A DNA stretch of 64,000 nucleotides from Candidatus Omnitrophota bacterium (GTDB lineage Bacteria > Omnitrophota > Gorgyraeia > Duberdicusellales > Duberdicusellaceae). This document shows positions 45,925 through 56,853 of the stretch, piece by piece (position 1 is the stretch's first letter; each line of letters begins with the position of its first letter). Where the stretch lies: the NCBI GenBank assembly GCA_016932855.1, contig JAFGCB010000024.1, positions 2,813 through 66,812 on the forward strand. Reading direction: 5' to 3'. The translations under genes were made by a program, and so were the position numbers. The notes beneath the pieces were generated by a model. It was given only the letters and a program-made list of their open reading frames with translations. It was not told the origin of the DNA and did no database searches.

Positions 45925-46677
45925 TTAAATATCAACTTCTTTAATCGGACCGGACATATTCCCGTCAATAAACTGCCGCAATTTCGAATCGTCAGTTTTT
46001 TTAAGATCTTCGGGTGTCCCGGTAAAGATTATCTTTCCTCCAAAAAGCATGGAGATAGAGTGCGCAATCTTAAAAGCGCTGTTTAAATCATGAGTAACTA
46101 CCACCGAGGTTGTACCCAGTTTATTCTGCAAGTTTTTTATAAGAGAATTAATCATATCCGCGCCGATAGGGTCGACTCCAGTAGTCGGTTCGTCATAGAG
46201 AAGAACCGAAGGATTAAAACAAAGAGCCCTGGCAATAGCTACTCTCTTTTTCATCCCGCCGCTTAATTCTTGAGGATATTTAGTTTCGATATCTTTAAGC
46301 CCTACCAGGCTTAAGGAATTTGTCACTTTTTCTTTTATTTCGGATTTAGAAAAGCGGGAGTTTTCATATAAAAGAAAACCCACGTTTTCCCGTATGTTTA
46401 AGGAATCAAAAAGAGCCGCGCCCTGGAAGACCATTCCGAATTTAATTCGTATTTTATCCAGCTCTTTTTCGCTTAAGGCGGTTATTTCCAGATCATCGAT
46501 AAATATCTTTCCGGCATCAGGCTTGATAATGCCGAGTATATGCTTAAGGAGCACGCTTTTGCCGCTTCCCGAACGGCCGATTATTACATGGGTTTTGGCG
46601 GCCTCTATAGACAGATTTACTCCCCGCAAAACCCGAAGGCCGTTAAAATTCTTTTGAAGCTCTTGTATTCTTATCAT
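45925..46677 (-). CDS. mlaF: ABC transporter ATP-binding protein MlaF-like
   Basis: Walker A GRSGSGKS, signature LSGGMKKRVAIARA, Walker B LLYDEP. Confidence 0.8.
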   Translation of the reverse strand: MIRIQELQKNFNGLRVLRGVNLSIEAAKTHVIIGRSGSGKSVLLKHILGIIKPDAGKIFIDDLEITALSEKELDKIRIKFGMVFQGAALFDSLNIRENVGFLLYENSRFSKSEIKEKVTNSLSLVGLKDIETKYPQELSGGMKKRVAIARALCFNPSVLLYDEPTTGVDPIGADMINSLIKNLQNKLGTTSVVVTHDLNSAFKIAHSISMLFGGKIIFTGTPEDLKKTDDSKLRQFIDGNMSGPIKEVDI

Positions 46678-46680
46678 TTC

Positions 46681-47442
46681 CTAAGGTATTAGTAAATAAA
46701 ACAAAGCTGTCAGTATACAGTCCGCGGTAAGGATTAGAAGAAAGGACCTTACCACCGAATTAATAACAGATTTACCTACGCCCGTTGCTCCGCCCTTAGA
46801 AGAAAAACCTTCATGGCAGCAAACTACTCCGATAATAGCTCCGAATACGCCGGCTTTAACTAAACCGGTAAGTATGTCTTTAAGATGGAGTGACTCTATA
46901 GTCATTCTCATGTATAAATTAAAGGATATATTAAGTTTGGTAGCGCCTACAATGTAGCCTCCCAGAATCCCCACTAAATCCGAATACAGTACCAGCAAGG
47001 GAAGGGTAAGTACCAGCGCGACGAATTTCGGCGTCGCTAAGTAATCAACAGGGTCAGTACCCAGGCTTTTTAAAGCGTCTATCTGTTCGGTCACTTTCAT
47101 CGAGCTTATTTCGGCTGAAATCGATGCCCCGCTTCTTCCGGCAACTATAAGCGACGTAAGCATGGGCCCCAGTTCCCGGGTCAACGACAAAACAACAAGA
47201 GATGCGATATGAATTCCCGACGATATTTTTTCAAGCTGGTATGATGTTTGAAAGCCCATGATAATACCGGTAAACAAGGCTATAAGCGATACAATAGGAA
47301 GCCCTTCCGCGCCTAAGGTTATCATCTGATAAACAGTGTTTCTAATTCTCTTTTTACCGTATAAAATATAGTGGATTATTTCAAAAAAAAGAATCGCAAT
47401 TTTTCCGAAATAAACGAGTAATTCTTTTAAACCGGCTATCAT
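46681..47442 (-). CDS. mlaE: ABC transporter permease MlaE-like
   Basis: 253 aa polytopic permease of the MlaE/YrbE family. Confidence 0.75.
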   Translation of the reverse strand: MIAGLKELLVYFGKIAILFFEIIHYILYGKKRIRNTVYQMITLGAEGLPIVSLIALFTGIIMGFQTSYQLEKISSGIHIASLVVLSLTRELGPMLTSLIVAGRSGASISAEISSMKVTEQIDALKSLGTDPVDYLATPKFVALVLTLPLLVLYSDLVGILGGYIVGATKLNISFNLYMRMTIESLHLKDILTGLVKAGVFGAIIGVVCCHEGFSSKGGATGVGKSVINSVVRSFLLILTADCILTALFYLLIP

Positions 47443-47443
47443 T

Positions 47444-48385
47444 TTAGAATTCCAATGTAGGCGCGGCTTTAGGAAAAATACTTTCTTTAGGAGTAAGCCG
47501 CAGGAAACTGTCAGTATCCAGTTTATAAACTAAAAGATTATGGGAGCTCGGCAAGGCTAAAAAACCTTTAACCGAGTCAGCCACGATCATGTTTTGTTCT
47601 GTTTCGTCAAAAAATCTTATCGGCGGAAGATCCGGAGACTGGCCGACTTTATCGTAAGGCAGATCGTAAAGCCTGGCGACGTTAAAAGTACCTTCGATAT
47701 TAAAGCCAAAGCCTTGAATAGAAGCGTAAGAATCCGAAAACCTAATCCAGGGGTATGTTCCTTTAAACATAAGAAAAACCTTTTCGTATTTATATCCCTC
47801 GAGATTTCCATGGTAGGCTTCAAGAAATCCCTGAATCAGGATACTGTTGACGTCGCCCTTAAGGGATATTTTTCCTCTGAAGTCGCCTTCGAAAGGAAAA
47901 TTCTCAATGCCCCAGAGCTTGTTGAAATCCTCGAGGTTTATCCCCCTGATATCAACGTCTAGGTTCAGAAAAGCGTTTTTACTGAAGTCTATTGCCCCGC
48001 TAAGAATCAATTCTTTTGTTTTAAAGTAGGTGATTGTGGCCAGTTTGTCGCTGTAGACGAGATACAGGGAAAAATCGTGGCTTATAGCTCCGTCTATAGT
48101 TATGTTACCTGAGGTTATTTCCAGTATGCTGCGCTCGGCGTCTATTTTAAGATAGCCCTGAAGGATTACATCGACTATTTTATCGTTCCAGTGTATTTTC
48201 TGGCCGATGCCTTGAAAGTCGTAGCAGGCTTTATCAGGCTCGGCGTCTTTTTTTTTAATGGTGAAATTAAGGACAGGTTTTTCGAAGGCGCCGGTTGTTG
48301 TCGCCGGTGACGCTGCAAGAAAAGAAGGAATAACAGCCCCTCCGGCCAAAAGTATAAAAAAAAATCGAAAGAAAGTTATTTTCAT
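47444..48385 (-). CDS. hypothetical secreted protein (Mla operon-associated)
   Basis: 313 aa with signal peptide; first gene of the mla operon; no recognisable domain. Confidence 0.4.
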   Translation of the reverse strand: MKITFFRFFFILLAGGAVIPSFLAASPATTTGAFEKPVLNFTIKKKDAEPDKACYDFQGIGQKIHWNDKIVDVILQGYLKIDAERSILEITSGNITIDGAISHDFSLYLVYSDKLATITYFKTKELILSGAIDFSKNAFLNLDVDIRGINLEDFNKLWGIENFPFEGDFRGKISLKGDVNSILIQGFLEAYHGNLEGYKYEKVFLMFKGTYPWIRFSDSYASIQGFGFNIEGTFNVARLYDLPYDKVGQSPDLPPIRFFDETEQNMIVADSVKGFLALPSSHNLLVYKLDTDSFLRLTPKESIFPKAAPTLEF

Positions 48386-50826
48386 TCAAAGTAAAGCGTG
48401 TCGTTTTTCCGGGTTATTTTTATCACGGCCACCTGGCCTTTTTGCGCCTCTTTTTTCTCCTTGAATTTACCGGAAATTATATCCTCGGCTAAGGGGTCTT
48501 CCAAGAACCGCTGGATAACCCGTTTTAAGGGCCGGGCGCCGAACACAGGATCGAACCCTTTTCCAATAAAAAATTCCTCTGCCTCGGCATTCAGCTCTAC
48601 TTTTATGCCTTGTTCTTTTAAGCGCTGGTTAACGTAGTCTATTTCGATATTTACAATATTTCTTAAACCTTCCTTTGAAAGGGGTCTAAAGACTATAATT
48701 TCATCAAGGCGGTTCAAGAACTCCGGTTTAAAGGTTCTTTTTACTTCATCGAGGAGCCGGGTTTTCATTTCTTCGTAACCTATCTCTTCTTTGACCGCCG
48801 CAAAGCCTAAAGAGCCTTTGCGTTTAAGAATATCCACCCCTACGTTAGAGGTCATAATCAGAATAGTATTTTTGAAATCAACGCGTCTTCCGAAGCTGTC
48901 GGTAAGGCGGCCTTCTTCCAATATTTGAAGAAGCAGGTTAAAGACGTCGGGGTGCGCTTTTTCTATTTCGTCCAAAAGAATTACTGAATAAGGTCTCCGC
49001 CGTACCCGTTCCGAGAGCTGACCGCCTTCTTCATATCCGACGTAACCGGGTGGCGCGCCGATAAGCCGGGAGACGTTGAATTTTTCCATGTATTCAGACA
49101 TATCAAGCTGGATAAGGGCGTCTTCATCGCCGAACATAAATTCCGCCAGGACCCTGGCTAAAAGAGTCTTTCCTACCCCGGTAGGCCCCATAAAGACAAA
49201 AGAGCCTATGGGCCGCTTGGGGTCTTTGATCCCCGCCCGGGACCGACGCAAGGCTCTGGCTATGGCTTGTATGGGTTCACTCTGCCCGACTACTCTCTTC
49301 GAGATTTGCTCCTCCATTCGCAATAGCTTTTCAGATTCCTTTTCTTCCAGGCGGAATATCGGTATCCCGGTCCATTGCGATACAAGTCTTGCGATATCTT
49401 CCGCGTTAACCTGGGGCAGAATCTTATCGCGTGATTTAAACCAGTCTTTACGCTGTTGCTCTAATTTAAATTTGAGTTCCCGTTCCTGGTCGCGCAGTTT
49501 TGCCGCGGCTTCGAAATCCTGCTGTTTAATAAGGGCTTCCTTTTCTTTTGTGATATTTTGCAGTTCCTGCTCCAGGTCTTTTATTTCTTTCGGAGTGGTC
49601 AACACTTGCAAACGGGCCCGTGAGCCGGCTTCATCGATAAGATCCACAGCTTTATCAGGCAGAAACCTTCCGGAAATATAAATATCGGATAATTTTGAGG
49701 CGGCTTCCAGGGCTTCATCAGTGAATTTTACTCTGTGGTGAGCCTCATAGCGGTCACGCAATCCTTTTAATATTTCCACGGTTTCGTTTACCGTGGGGGG
49801 GTCAACGATTATAGGCTGAAATCTACGCTCTAAAGCAGCGTCTTTTTCTATATGTTTTCTGTATTCGTCCAGGGTGGTAGCGCCTATGCATTGTATTTCG
49901 CCGCGGCTTAAGGCTGGCTTTAAGATATTGGAAGCGTCTATTGCGCCTTCGGCAGCGCCGGCTCCGACCAAAGTATGCAACTCGTCAATGAACATGATTA
50001 CGTCTTTTGAGCGTTTGATCTCCTCCATTATCGCTTTTATTCGTTCCTCGAATTGACCGCGGTACTTTGTTCCGGCTACCATCATGGCTAAATCTAAGAC
50101 AATAATTCTTTTATTTCGCAGGACTTCGGGGATATTGCCGATAACTATAGATTGGGCAAGACCTTCGACTATTGCGGTTTTGCCGACCCCGGCTTCTCCC
50201 AGAAGGACCGGGTTATTCTTTGTCCGGCGGGACAATACCTGGATTACCCGCTCGATTTCGTTTAATCTTCCGATAACCGGGTCGAGCATGTTTTTCTGAG
50301 CAAGGGAGGTAAGGTCACGGCCGAAGGAGTCTAAAGCAGGAGTTTTTTTAACTGTGGGCTGAGATTGGCTGGCCGTGGGACTAGAGAACTCTCCTCCTAA
50401 AAGCTCAAGCACCGCCCTTCTTACAGAATTTATATCTAGGCCTAGGCCCAGAAGCACCTGGGAGGCGATTCCTTCCTGTTCACGTAAAAGCCCAAGAAGT
50501 AAATGCTCTGTGCCTATATAGTTATGTCCCATACTGCGCGCTTCTTCAGCGGCAAGTTCCAATACTTTTTTTGCCCGGGGGGTAAAAGGGAGCTCTCCTA
50601 ATACCTGGGTCTGGCCGCCGGGACGAAGAAGTTTTTCAATTTCCTGCTTTACCGTAGATAAATCTGTGCCCAGGTTCTGAAGAACTGCGGCAGCTACTCC
50701 TTCCTGTTCGGAGACCAAAGCCAAGAGCATGTGCTCGGTGCCGATATAATCATGATTAAAACGCCTTGCCTGCTCTTTGGCAAGCAGCAAAACTTTACGT
50801 GCCCGTTCAGTAAACTTATTAAACAT
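48382..50826 (-). CDS. clpC: ATP-dependent Clp protease ATP-binding subunit ClpC
   Basis: Two Clp_N repeats, two AAA+ modules ([16 protein letters not shown]), UVR motif between them; 814 aa. Confidence 0.9.
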   Translation of the reverse strand: MFNKFTERARKVLLLAKEQARRFNHDYIGTEHMLLALVSEQEGVAAAVLQNLGTDLSTVKQEIEKLLRPGGQTQVLGELPFTPRAKKVLELAAEEARSMGHNYIGTEHLLLGLLREQEGIASQVLLGLGLDINSVRRAVLELLGGEFSSPTASQSQPTVKKTPALDSFGRDLTSLAQKNMLDPVIGRLNEIERVIQVLSRRTKNNPVLLGEAGVGKTAIVEGLAQSIVIGNIPEVLRNKRIIVLDLAMMVAGTKYRGQFEERIKAIMEEIKRSKDVIMFIDELHTLVGAGAAEGAIDASNILKPALSRGEIQCIGATTLDEYRKHIEKDAALERRFQPIIVDPPTVNETVEILKGLRDRYEAHHRVKFTDEALEAASKLSDIYISGRFLPDKAVDLIDEAGSRARLQVLTTPKEIKDLEQELQNITKEKEALIKQQDFEAAAKLRDQERELKFKLEQQRKDWFKSRDKILPQVNAEDIARLVSQWTGIPIFRLEEKESEKLLRMEEQISKRVVGQSEPIQAIARALRRSRAGIKDPKRPIGSFVFMGPTGVGKTLLARVLAEFMFGDEDALIQLDMSEYMEKFNVSRLIGAPPGYVGYEEGGQLSERVRRRPYSVILLDEIEKAHPDVFNLLLQILEEGRLTDSFGRRVDFKNTILIMTSNVGVDILKRKGSLGFAAVKEEIGYEEMKTRLLDEVKRTFKPEFLNRLDEIIVFRPLSKEGLRNIVNIEIDYVNQRLKEQGIKVELNAEAEEFFIGKGFDPVFGARPLKRVIQRFLEDPLAEDIISGKFKEKKEAQKGQVAVIKITRKNDTLYFE

Positions 50827-50871
50827 CTTACCTCCTTAAATGTGCGTAGGATAACTTTAATATCCGCGGTA

Positions 50872-51930
50872 TTAAATGCTTATTTTTTCCAGTTTTTCCC
50901 GCAGAAGAGTCGCTCTTATAGAATCTCTTTCCTGATGGGAAAGTTTCTTTTTATATATTTTTTGCAAATGCGCCGGCTGGATTATAATGAATAAATTATT
51001 GATAAGTTCCGTATCCAAACCCCGTATTATACCTAAATCCATGCCTAGACGCAACAAAGAAAGATGACTCAAGGTTTCGTTGCTGGCGATAAGGCGGGAG
51101 CTTTTAAGTGTTCCCAGGGCCCGCCATATTCTGTCTTCCATAGACAGCTTGTATTTCGAAACCATATACTCTCTGGCTTCCATTTCTTGGCTTTTAAGTT
51201 GTTTTATAACTCCGGCGAGATTGCTTAAAATTTCACTTTCGCTTAAGCCTAAGGTTATCTGGTTTGAGACCTGAAAGAAGTTTCCGATTGCCTGAGTCCC
51301 TTCACCAAAAAAGCCCCTGGTGGTAAAAGATAGTTTGGCAACCAGTTCCAGGATTCGATTTATCCGTTTAGTCATTATCAGCCCTGGAAGATGAAGCATG
51401 CAGGAAGCGCGAATTCCGGTACCAACATTAGTGGGACAGGAAGTAAGATACCCGATGCTGCCGGAAAAGGCAAAATCCAGATTTTTGGCGAATTCAGCCT
51501 CTATTTTGCTGGCGATTTCCCATGTATCGTATAAATCGAAGCCTGATTTTATCACCTGGATGCGCAGATGGTCTTCTTCGTTTATCATAATCGAGCAAAC
51601 TTCATCTTTGCGCAAGAGCAGGGCTTTGCCCTGGGAAGTGGTTATATGCTCCTGGCTTACCAGATGCCGCTCAAGAAGCAGCTCTTTGTCCAGGGTTGAA
51701 AACTCTTCCATTTTCAGGAAATTGAAGCTGCGCAAGATACTGCTTTTGGCTTGAGCTTTTTGTATTTGCTCAAAGGCCTCCTGAGATTGTTTAAGGTCCA
51801 TTTTATTAGGGAAAACAAAACCTTTTATGTTTCTGGCAAGGCGAATACGCGAAGAAACGATAATATGGGAGTCAGGGCCTTTGCCTTTTAGCCATTCCCC
51901 GGGTTTATTAAGTAGTTCTTCCAAGTCCAT
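50872..51930 (-). CDS. mcsB: protein arginine kinase McsB
   Basis: Guanido phosphotransferase signature CPTNVGTGIRAS. Confidence 0.85.
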   Translation of the reverse strand: MDLEELLNKPGEWLKGKGPDSHIIVSSRIRLARNIKGFVFPNKMDLKQSQEAFEQIQKAQAKSSILRSFNFLKMEEFSTLDKELLLERHLVSQEHITTSQGKALLLRKDEVCSIMINEEDHLRIQVIKSGFDLYDTWEIASKIEAEFAKNLDFAFSGSIGYLTSCPTNVGTGIRASCMLHLPGLIMTKRINRILELVAKLSFTTRGFFGEGTQAIGNFFQVSNQITLGLSESEILSNLAGVIKQLKSQEMEAREYMVSKYKLSMEDRIWRALGTLKSSRLIASNETLSHLSLLRLGMDLGIIRGLDTELINNLFIIIQPAHLQKIYKKKLSHQERDSIRATLLREKLEKISI

Positions 51931-51954
51931 AATAATAGCTTTTTCTTTTATTTC

Positions 51955-52470
51955 TTAACGATTGTTGGGTTTACTTTTTTTATTCTTTCGCTCAAGTTCC
52001 CTGATTTCGTCGCGGATACGAGCTGCTTCCTCGTATTCTTCCAGTTTGATGGCCCGCTCCAGGTAAGCTTTTAATTCCTTCATTCGCTCATCGAAGGGGA
52101 TTTCTTTTTTTATCTTTATTTTGGGAGTTTTGCCTCTATGGCGGCTGGAACCTTGCATTCTCCGCAAAAGAGGTTGAAGTTGGCTTTTAAAATCTTCATA
52201 GCACTGGGGGCAGCCGAGCCGGCCTTTTTTCTTGAATTCCTGATAAGTAAGCCCGCAGTTTGAGCAATGTAGCGCGGGCAGACCTGTTTTGCCAGCAGGA
52301 TCGACATTTACCAGCTCCGAGAGAAAGTTGGTAATGTTGAACTGTTTTTGGAATTCTTCGGATTTCTTTTTAGCGCATTCTTCGCAGAGATGGACTTCAA
52401 TAATCTTACCGGCGATTATTTCGGTTAAATGGACTGTAGCCGGATTCTTAGTGCAAACATCGCAGAGCAT
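51955..52470 (-). CDS. mcsA: McsA (ClpC adaptor/activator of McsB), zinc-finger + UVR motif protein
   Basis: Paired CxxC motifs (CDVC...CEEC, CSNC...CPQC) and UVR-like EEYEEAARIRDEIRELE. Confidence 0.7.
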   Translation of the reverse strand: MLCDVCTKNPATVHLTEIIAGKIIEVHLCEECAKKKSEEFQKQFNITNFLSELVNVDPAGKTGLPALHCSNCGLTYQEFKKKGRLGCPQCYEDFKSQLQPLLRRMQGSSRHRGKTPKIKIKKEIPFDERMKELKAYLERAIKLEEYEEAARIRDEIRELERKNKKSKPNNR

Positions 52471-52551
52471 ATTTTTACTCGGTTTGGGATTTGCGCCGGG
52501 TCATTTGCAGTAATTATGCAAAGCTTTAACCGCAACACAAACCTTAAAAAA

Positions 52552-53427
52552 TTATAGTTTATAGGGAATGCCTTCTTTTTTTGTAACTTCGTGGAAATTC
52601 TGCATAAGTTTTTTAGTGACCGGGCCGGGCACTCCCGTACCGATAACCCTTCCATCTACTTTGACTACAGGAACAATTTCAGCGGCAGTCCCTGTTAAGA
52701 AACACTCATCGCTGATATAGACTTCGTGACGTGTGATTACATGTTCATGGGCCGGGATTTTAATCTTTTTCGAGATATCTAAAACAGTATCCCGGGTAAT
52801 TCCCCGCAATGTGCCCATGCATTGAGGCGGCGTGTAAAGATTACTTTCTCTTACCACAAAAATATTGTCTCCGGTGCATTCGGCGACATAGCCCAAAGAA
52901 TCGAGCATTATTGCTTCTGCGAACCCGGAGTTTATAGCCTCAATTTTTGCAAGGATGTTGTTTAGATAATTCAGAGATTTAATTTGAGGGTTTAAGGCCT
53001 CGGGCAGATTGCGCACCGTAGGAACAGTTATTATTTCCATGCCGTTTTTATAGTATTCCTTGGGATAAAGAGTGATCTTATCGGTAATGATAATAAGGGT
53101 TTCGTTGCCTTTGCATTTTCGGGGGTCAAGGCCTAAATCGCCTTCCCCGCGCGTAAGTACCACCCGGATATAAGCGTCCTTAAGGTTATTTGCTTTAAGG
53201 GTATTAATAATCGCCTTTTCCAGATCTTTTTTGCTTAAAGGGGTCTTAAGCATGATTGATTGCGCTGATTTGAAGAGGCGGTCAATATGTTCCGCCAGTT
53301 TAAAAACCAAGCAATTATAGGACCTTATACCTTCGAACACACCGTCTCCATACAGAAGACCGTGGTCAAAAACAGAAACCTTGGCATCCTTTTTATCCAC
53401 TAAGCTACCGTTAACATAAACCTTCAT
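52552..53427 (-). CDS. ilvE: class IV aminotransferase (branched-chain amino acid / D-amino acid aminotransferase)
   Basis: DHGLLYGDGVFEGIR motif; 291 aa. Confidence 0.75.
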   Translation of the reverse strand: MKVYVNGSLVDKKDAKVSVFDHGLLYGDGVFEGIRSYNCLVFKLAEHIDRLFKSAQSIMLKTPLSKKDLEKAIINTLKANNLKDAYIRVVLTRGEGDLGLDPRKCKGNETLIIITDKITLYPKEYYKNGMEIITVPTVRNLPEALNPQIKSLNYLNNILAKIEAINSGFAEAIMLDSLGYVAECTGDNIFVVRESNLYTPPQCMGTLRGITRDTVLDISKKIKIPAHEHVITRHEVYISDECFLTGTAAEIVPVVKVDGRVIGTGVPGPVTKKLMQNFHEVTKKEGIPYKL

Positions 53428-53472
53428 TCTGACCTCCTGTAAGCTAAAAAAGCGTAGTAGTAAGCTATTTAT

Positions 53473-54150
53473 TTAATTTGTGATCCGGCCGTCTTTTATA
53501 TTTAACACTCTTTGAGCGTCTTTTGCAAGTTCTAAATTATGAGTTACTAAGACAACGGTTGTCTTATGCGCGGCGTTAAGTTTTTTTATTAAATTCCGGA
53601 TATTTTCAGCTGAATCATGGTCCAGGTTCCCTGTGGGTTCGTCACAGAATAAGACTTTCGGTTCGTTTATTACGGCCCTGGCAAAAGCCACTTTTTGCTG
53701 CTGGCCGCCGGAAAGCTGGCTGGGATAAAAGTTCAAGCGTTGTGATAAGTCTAATTCCCTGGCTATTTCCTCAGCCCGTTTGCGGACAATTCGTTTTTTC
53801 TGGCCGGAAAGCCGGCAAGGCAGCATGATATTTTCCAGGGCTGTAAGTTCTTTAAGCAGGTGGTAAAACTGAAACATAAACCCTACTTTTTTATTTCGTA
53901 AAGAAAAAAGCCTTCGGAATTTCAGGGAAACCAGATTTCTTCCTTCGAAAAAAACTTTTCCGGAAGAAGGTAAATCAAGCCCTCCTAGAATATGAATAAG
54001 CGTGGATTTGCCGGCTCCTGAAGGCCCGACAATAGCGATGTATTGCGAAGATTCTATTTGAAGATTTATATCATTCAGGGCAGCGACTTGTCGGGACGCG
54101 TCCTTATAGAATTTGGATAATTCTTTTGTTTCCAGAATATAACTACTCAT
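53473..54150 (-). CDS. lolD: lipoprotein-releasing ABC transporter ATP-binding protein LolD-like
   Basis: Walker [10 protein letters not shown], signature [14 protein letters not shown]. Confidence 0.75.
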   Translation of the reverse strand: MSSYILETKELSKFYKDASRQVAALNDINLQIESSQYIAIVGPSGAGKSTLIHILGGLDLPSSGKVFFEGRNLVSLKFRRLFSLRNKKVGFMFQFYHLLKELTALENIMLPCRLSGQKKRIVRKRAEEIARELDLSQRLNFYPSQLSGGQQQKVAFARAVINEPKVLFCDEPTGNLDHDSAENIRNLIKKLNAAHKTTVVLVTHNLELAKDAQRVLNIKDGRITN

Positions 54151-55300
54151 ATCTTAAAGCCTCGATTTCTTTTATTTTTGAGGCCCGAATACTGGGCATT
54201 AAACTGAATATAAAGCTCATAGTAAGAGCCACGATGCAAACGCTGGCAATGTCATTGTAATCAATAGTTACCGGTAGATAATCTATGGAGTAAATTTTAG
54301 CCGGAAGAACCTTCAAATGGTATTTTTCGAGAAAAAGACAGATTCCGATACCGGCACCCGAGCCCAAGAGAGTACCTAGTAATCCCAGAAATATTCCCTG
54401 CAGGCAGAAAAGAAGATTTATCCCCCAGCCGGTCATGCCTAAAGATTTAAGAATGCCGATATCCTTTACTTTTTCTACGACCTTTACGGTTTGAGTCGCG
54501 AATATATTAAACGAGGCTACGAGAATTATCAGGTTTAAAATAACGAACATCGTGATTTTTTCCAGCTGAAGAGCTGAGAATAGGGTTTCATTCAACTCTG
54601 CCCAGGTTTTAATCAGATATATTCCTTTGGGATTTCGATCCAGTATAGCTTTTTTAATAGGTTCAGCTTTATAAATATCGTCTACCCTTATTCCTAAGGC
54701 AAAAAGGGCTTCAACTTCCTTAAGGAAATCCCGCGCTTCTGATAAGGGGTAGACGACGAAATTAGCGTCAAGGTCATAAATGCCGAAGCTAAAAATCCCG
54801 CTTACCTTGAACTTCTTCGGCTTAAAAGTCTTAGGGTTAAAAACCTCAACTTCGTCTCCGATATAAAGGTCTAAACTTCTTGCCAATATACGGCCTATGG
54901 CTAAACCTTGGAAATTGCCGTCGGTCAAGTATGTTTTCCAAAGGGCTTCTTCAGCTTCGTTAAATTTAAGGCCTTCAAAAATAACCGGGGTGATGTTTTT
55001 GTCCTTTTTGACGGCTGTTTGTATTTGAGAAAATTCAACCAGGCTTTTTACGCCTTCAACGCTTTGAATTTTCTCAAACTCGACTTGCCCGCTGTTATCC
55101 AAATAGGCTACCAGATGGAAGCTTGAGCCCAGCAATTTTTCTTTAAGATTATTGTCAAATCCGCTCATTACCCCCAGGACTACTATCAGACAGCAAACCC
55201 CCAGGGCTATACCCAGACAGGTAACTATGCTTATAAACGAAATATGCCGTTTACGGTTTCGCGACATAAATCTAAGTGCCAGCCAGAGTTCGATATTCAT
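54143..55300 (-). CDS. lolC: LolC/LolE-family (FtsX-like) permease with MacB-like periplasmic domain
   Basis: 385 aa, 4 TM FtsX fold; overlaps lolD by 8 bp. Confidence 0.7.
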   Translation of the reverse strand: MNIELWLALRFMSRNRKRHISFISIVTCLGIALGVCCLIVVLGVMSGFDNNLKEKLLGSSFHLVAYLDNSGQVEFEKIQSVEGVKSLVEFSQIQTAVKKDKNITPVIFEGLKFNEAEEALWKTYLTDGNFQGLAIGRILARSLDLYIGDEVEVFNPKTFKPKKFKVSGIFSFGIYDLDANFVVYPLSEARDFLKEVEALFALGIRVDDIYKAEPIKKAILDRNPKGIYLIKTWAELNETLFSALQLEKITMFVILNLIILVASFNIFATQTVKVVEKVKDIGILKSLGMTGWGINLLFCLQGIFLGLLGTLLGSGAGIGICLFLEKYHLKVLPAKIYSIDYLPVTIDYNDIASVCIVALTMSFIFSLMPSIRASKIKEIEALRYE

Positions 55301-55309
55301 AAGATTGAA

Positions 55310-56734
55310 TTATTCTTCAGCTTCTTTCGGCTTAAGCAAAGGAAAGAGAATGACTTCTTTAAGGGAGGGTTGGTTAAGAAGAATCATTACCAGCCTGTCG
55401 ATGCCTATTCCTAAGCCAGCGGCCGGAGGCATGCCGTATTCCAAGGCTTCAAGAAAATCCTCGTCTAGTTTTTTAGGAAGCTCTTCTTCGGTATCAAGTT
55501 GCTTTACCAGGCGCTTTTTTTGTTCGACAGGGTCGTTTAATTCCGAATAAGCGTTGGCGACCTCAATGCCGGCTATAAACAACTCGAAACGTTCAACTAT
55601 ATGAGGATTGTCTTTTTTAGCTTTTGCTAAAGGTGACATCCAGGTGTAAAAATCCGTAACAAAAACCGGTTCCTGGCCGTAGTACTTTTCTTCAATCAAA
55701 TCTTCAATAAGCTTTATTATTTGAGAACGGCTTAAATTCTCCTTGATTTTAAGCCGGGAAGACATCTTTTTTATAAACTCCTGGGGCGAGTCGTCGAATT
55801 CTACGCCGAAGTCCTCTTTCAGCTTTGAAGCCAGAGAAAAAATCCTGAATTTCCTTGAAAAATCAATGGTTTTATCCTGATAGTCTAGCATCAGGCTTTC
55901 ATTTATTCTTTTGGCCAGCTCTTTTATCATATTTTCGGTTAATTCCATCATATAAGCGTAGTCTTTATAGCAGCTGTAAACTTCAAGCATGGTAAATTCC
56001 GGGTTATGCCGCACAGAAATTCCTTCATTTCGAAAGGAGCGATTAAGTTCATAAATATTATCAAAGCCGCCCACAAGGAGTTTTTTAAGGTAAAGTTCCG
56101 GCGCTATTCGCAGATAAATATCAAGCCCCAGGGCATTGTGAAAAGTTTTAAACGGCCTTCCCGAGGCTCCTCCGGGAATAGAGTGAAGCAAGGGTGTTTC
56201 GACTTCAATAAAGCCCTTTTGATCAAGGAAGCTTCGAATTTCTTTAACGATCTGGTTTCTTTTAATGAATATAGCGACACTTTGAGGGTTGGCTATCAAA
56301 TCCAAGTAGCGTTTTCGAAAACGCAGTTCAATATCTTTGAGGCCGTGCCATTTCTCAGGCAGCGAGCGCAAAGCTTTGGCTAAAACCGTGAATTTCGACA
56401 CAAAAACAGTTATCTCGCCGGTCTTTGTCTTGAACAGCTTACCGCTTACGCCGAGGACATCTCCTATATCAAGCTCTTTTGTCTGCTCAAAGTTTTCTGT
56501 CGCATCTTTTCGCAGATAGCACTGGATATGGCCGGAAAAATCCCTCAGGTCGCAAAACATGCTTTTTCCGTGTTCGCGCCTGGTTGTAAGCCTGCCGGCC
56601 AGGCTTACCTCTTTTTCTTCGAGGAATTCGCTTTTAACCGCGGCTATAGTCTGGGTTTTTTCAAAACGGTTCTGTGAATAGGGATTACCGGTTTTTTCCG
56701 AAATTCTGGCAAGTTTATCTAATCGTTCTTGCAT
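55310..56734 (-). CDS. lysS: lysyl-tRNA synthetase (class II)
   Basis: N-terminal OB anticodon-binding domain; class II motifs FRNEG, GGASGRPF, GLGIGIDRL. Confidence 0.9.
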   Translation of the reverse strand: MQERLDKLARISEKTGNPYSQNRFEKTQTIAAVKSEFLEEKEVSLAGRLTTRREHGKSMFCDLRDFSGHIQCYLRKDATENFEQTKELDIGDVLGVSGKLFKTKTGEITVFVSKFTVLAKALRSLPEKWHGLKDIELRFRKRYLDLIANPQSVAIFIKRNQIVKEIRSFLDQKGFIEVETPLLHSIPGGASGRPFKTFHNALGLDIYLRIAPELYLKKLLVGGFDNIYELNRSFRNEGISVRHNPEFTMLEVYSCYKDYAYMMELTENMIKELAKRINESLMLDYQDKTIDFSRKFRIFSLASKLKEDFGVEFDDSPQEFIKKMSSRLKIKENLSRSQIIKLIEDLIEEKYYGQEPVFVTDFYTWMSPLAKAKKDNPHIVERFELFIAGIEVANAYSELNDPVEQKKRLVKQLDTEEELPKKLDEDFLEALEYGMPPAAGLGIGIDRLVMILLNQPSLKEVILFPLLKPKEAEE

Positions 56735-56853
56735 AGACTAAAGATTATATAGAAGATTATATATTATGTCAAATATTCTTGATTTCCGCTTCTCTGTGCC
56801 GGAATTTTATCCTGAATAACCGTTTTTAGGGTTTACCGGCTAAGAGGCGCGTT

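Noticed and set aside
49076-49681. 201-aa ORF antisense to clpC, and similar antisense ORFs such as 44183-44659, 47594-47962, 51398-51754 and 38920-39267
   Set aside because: They are fully embedded opposite strongly supported conserved genes, are Ser/Arg-rich and are typical shadow ORFs.
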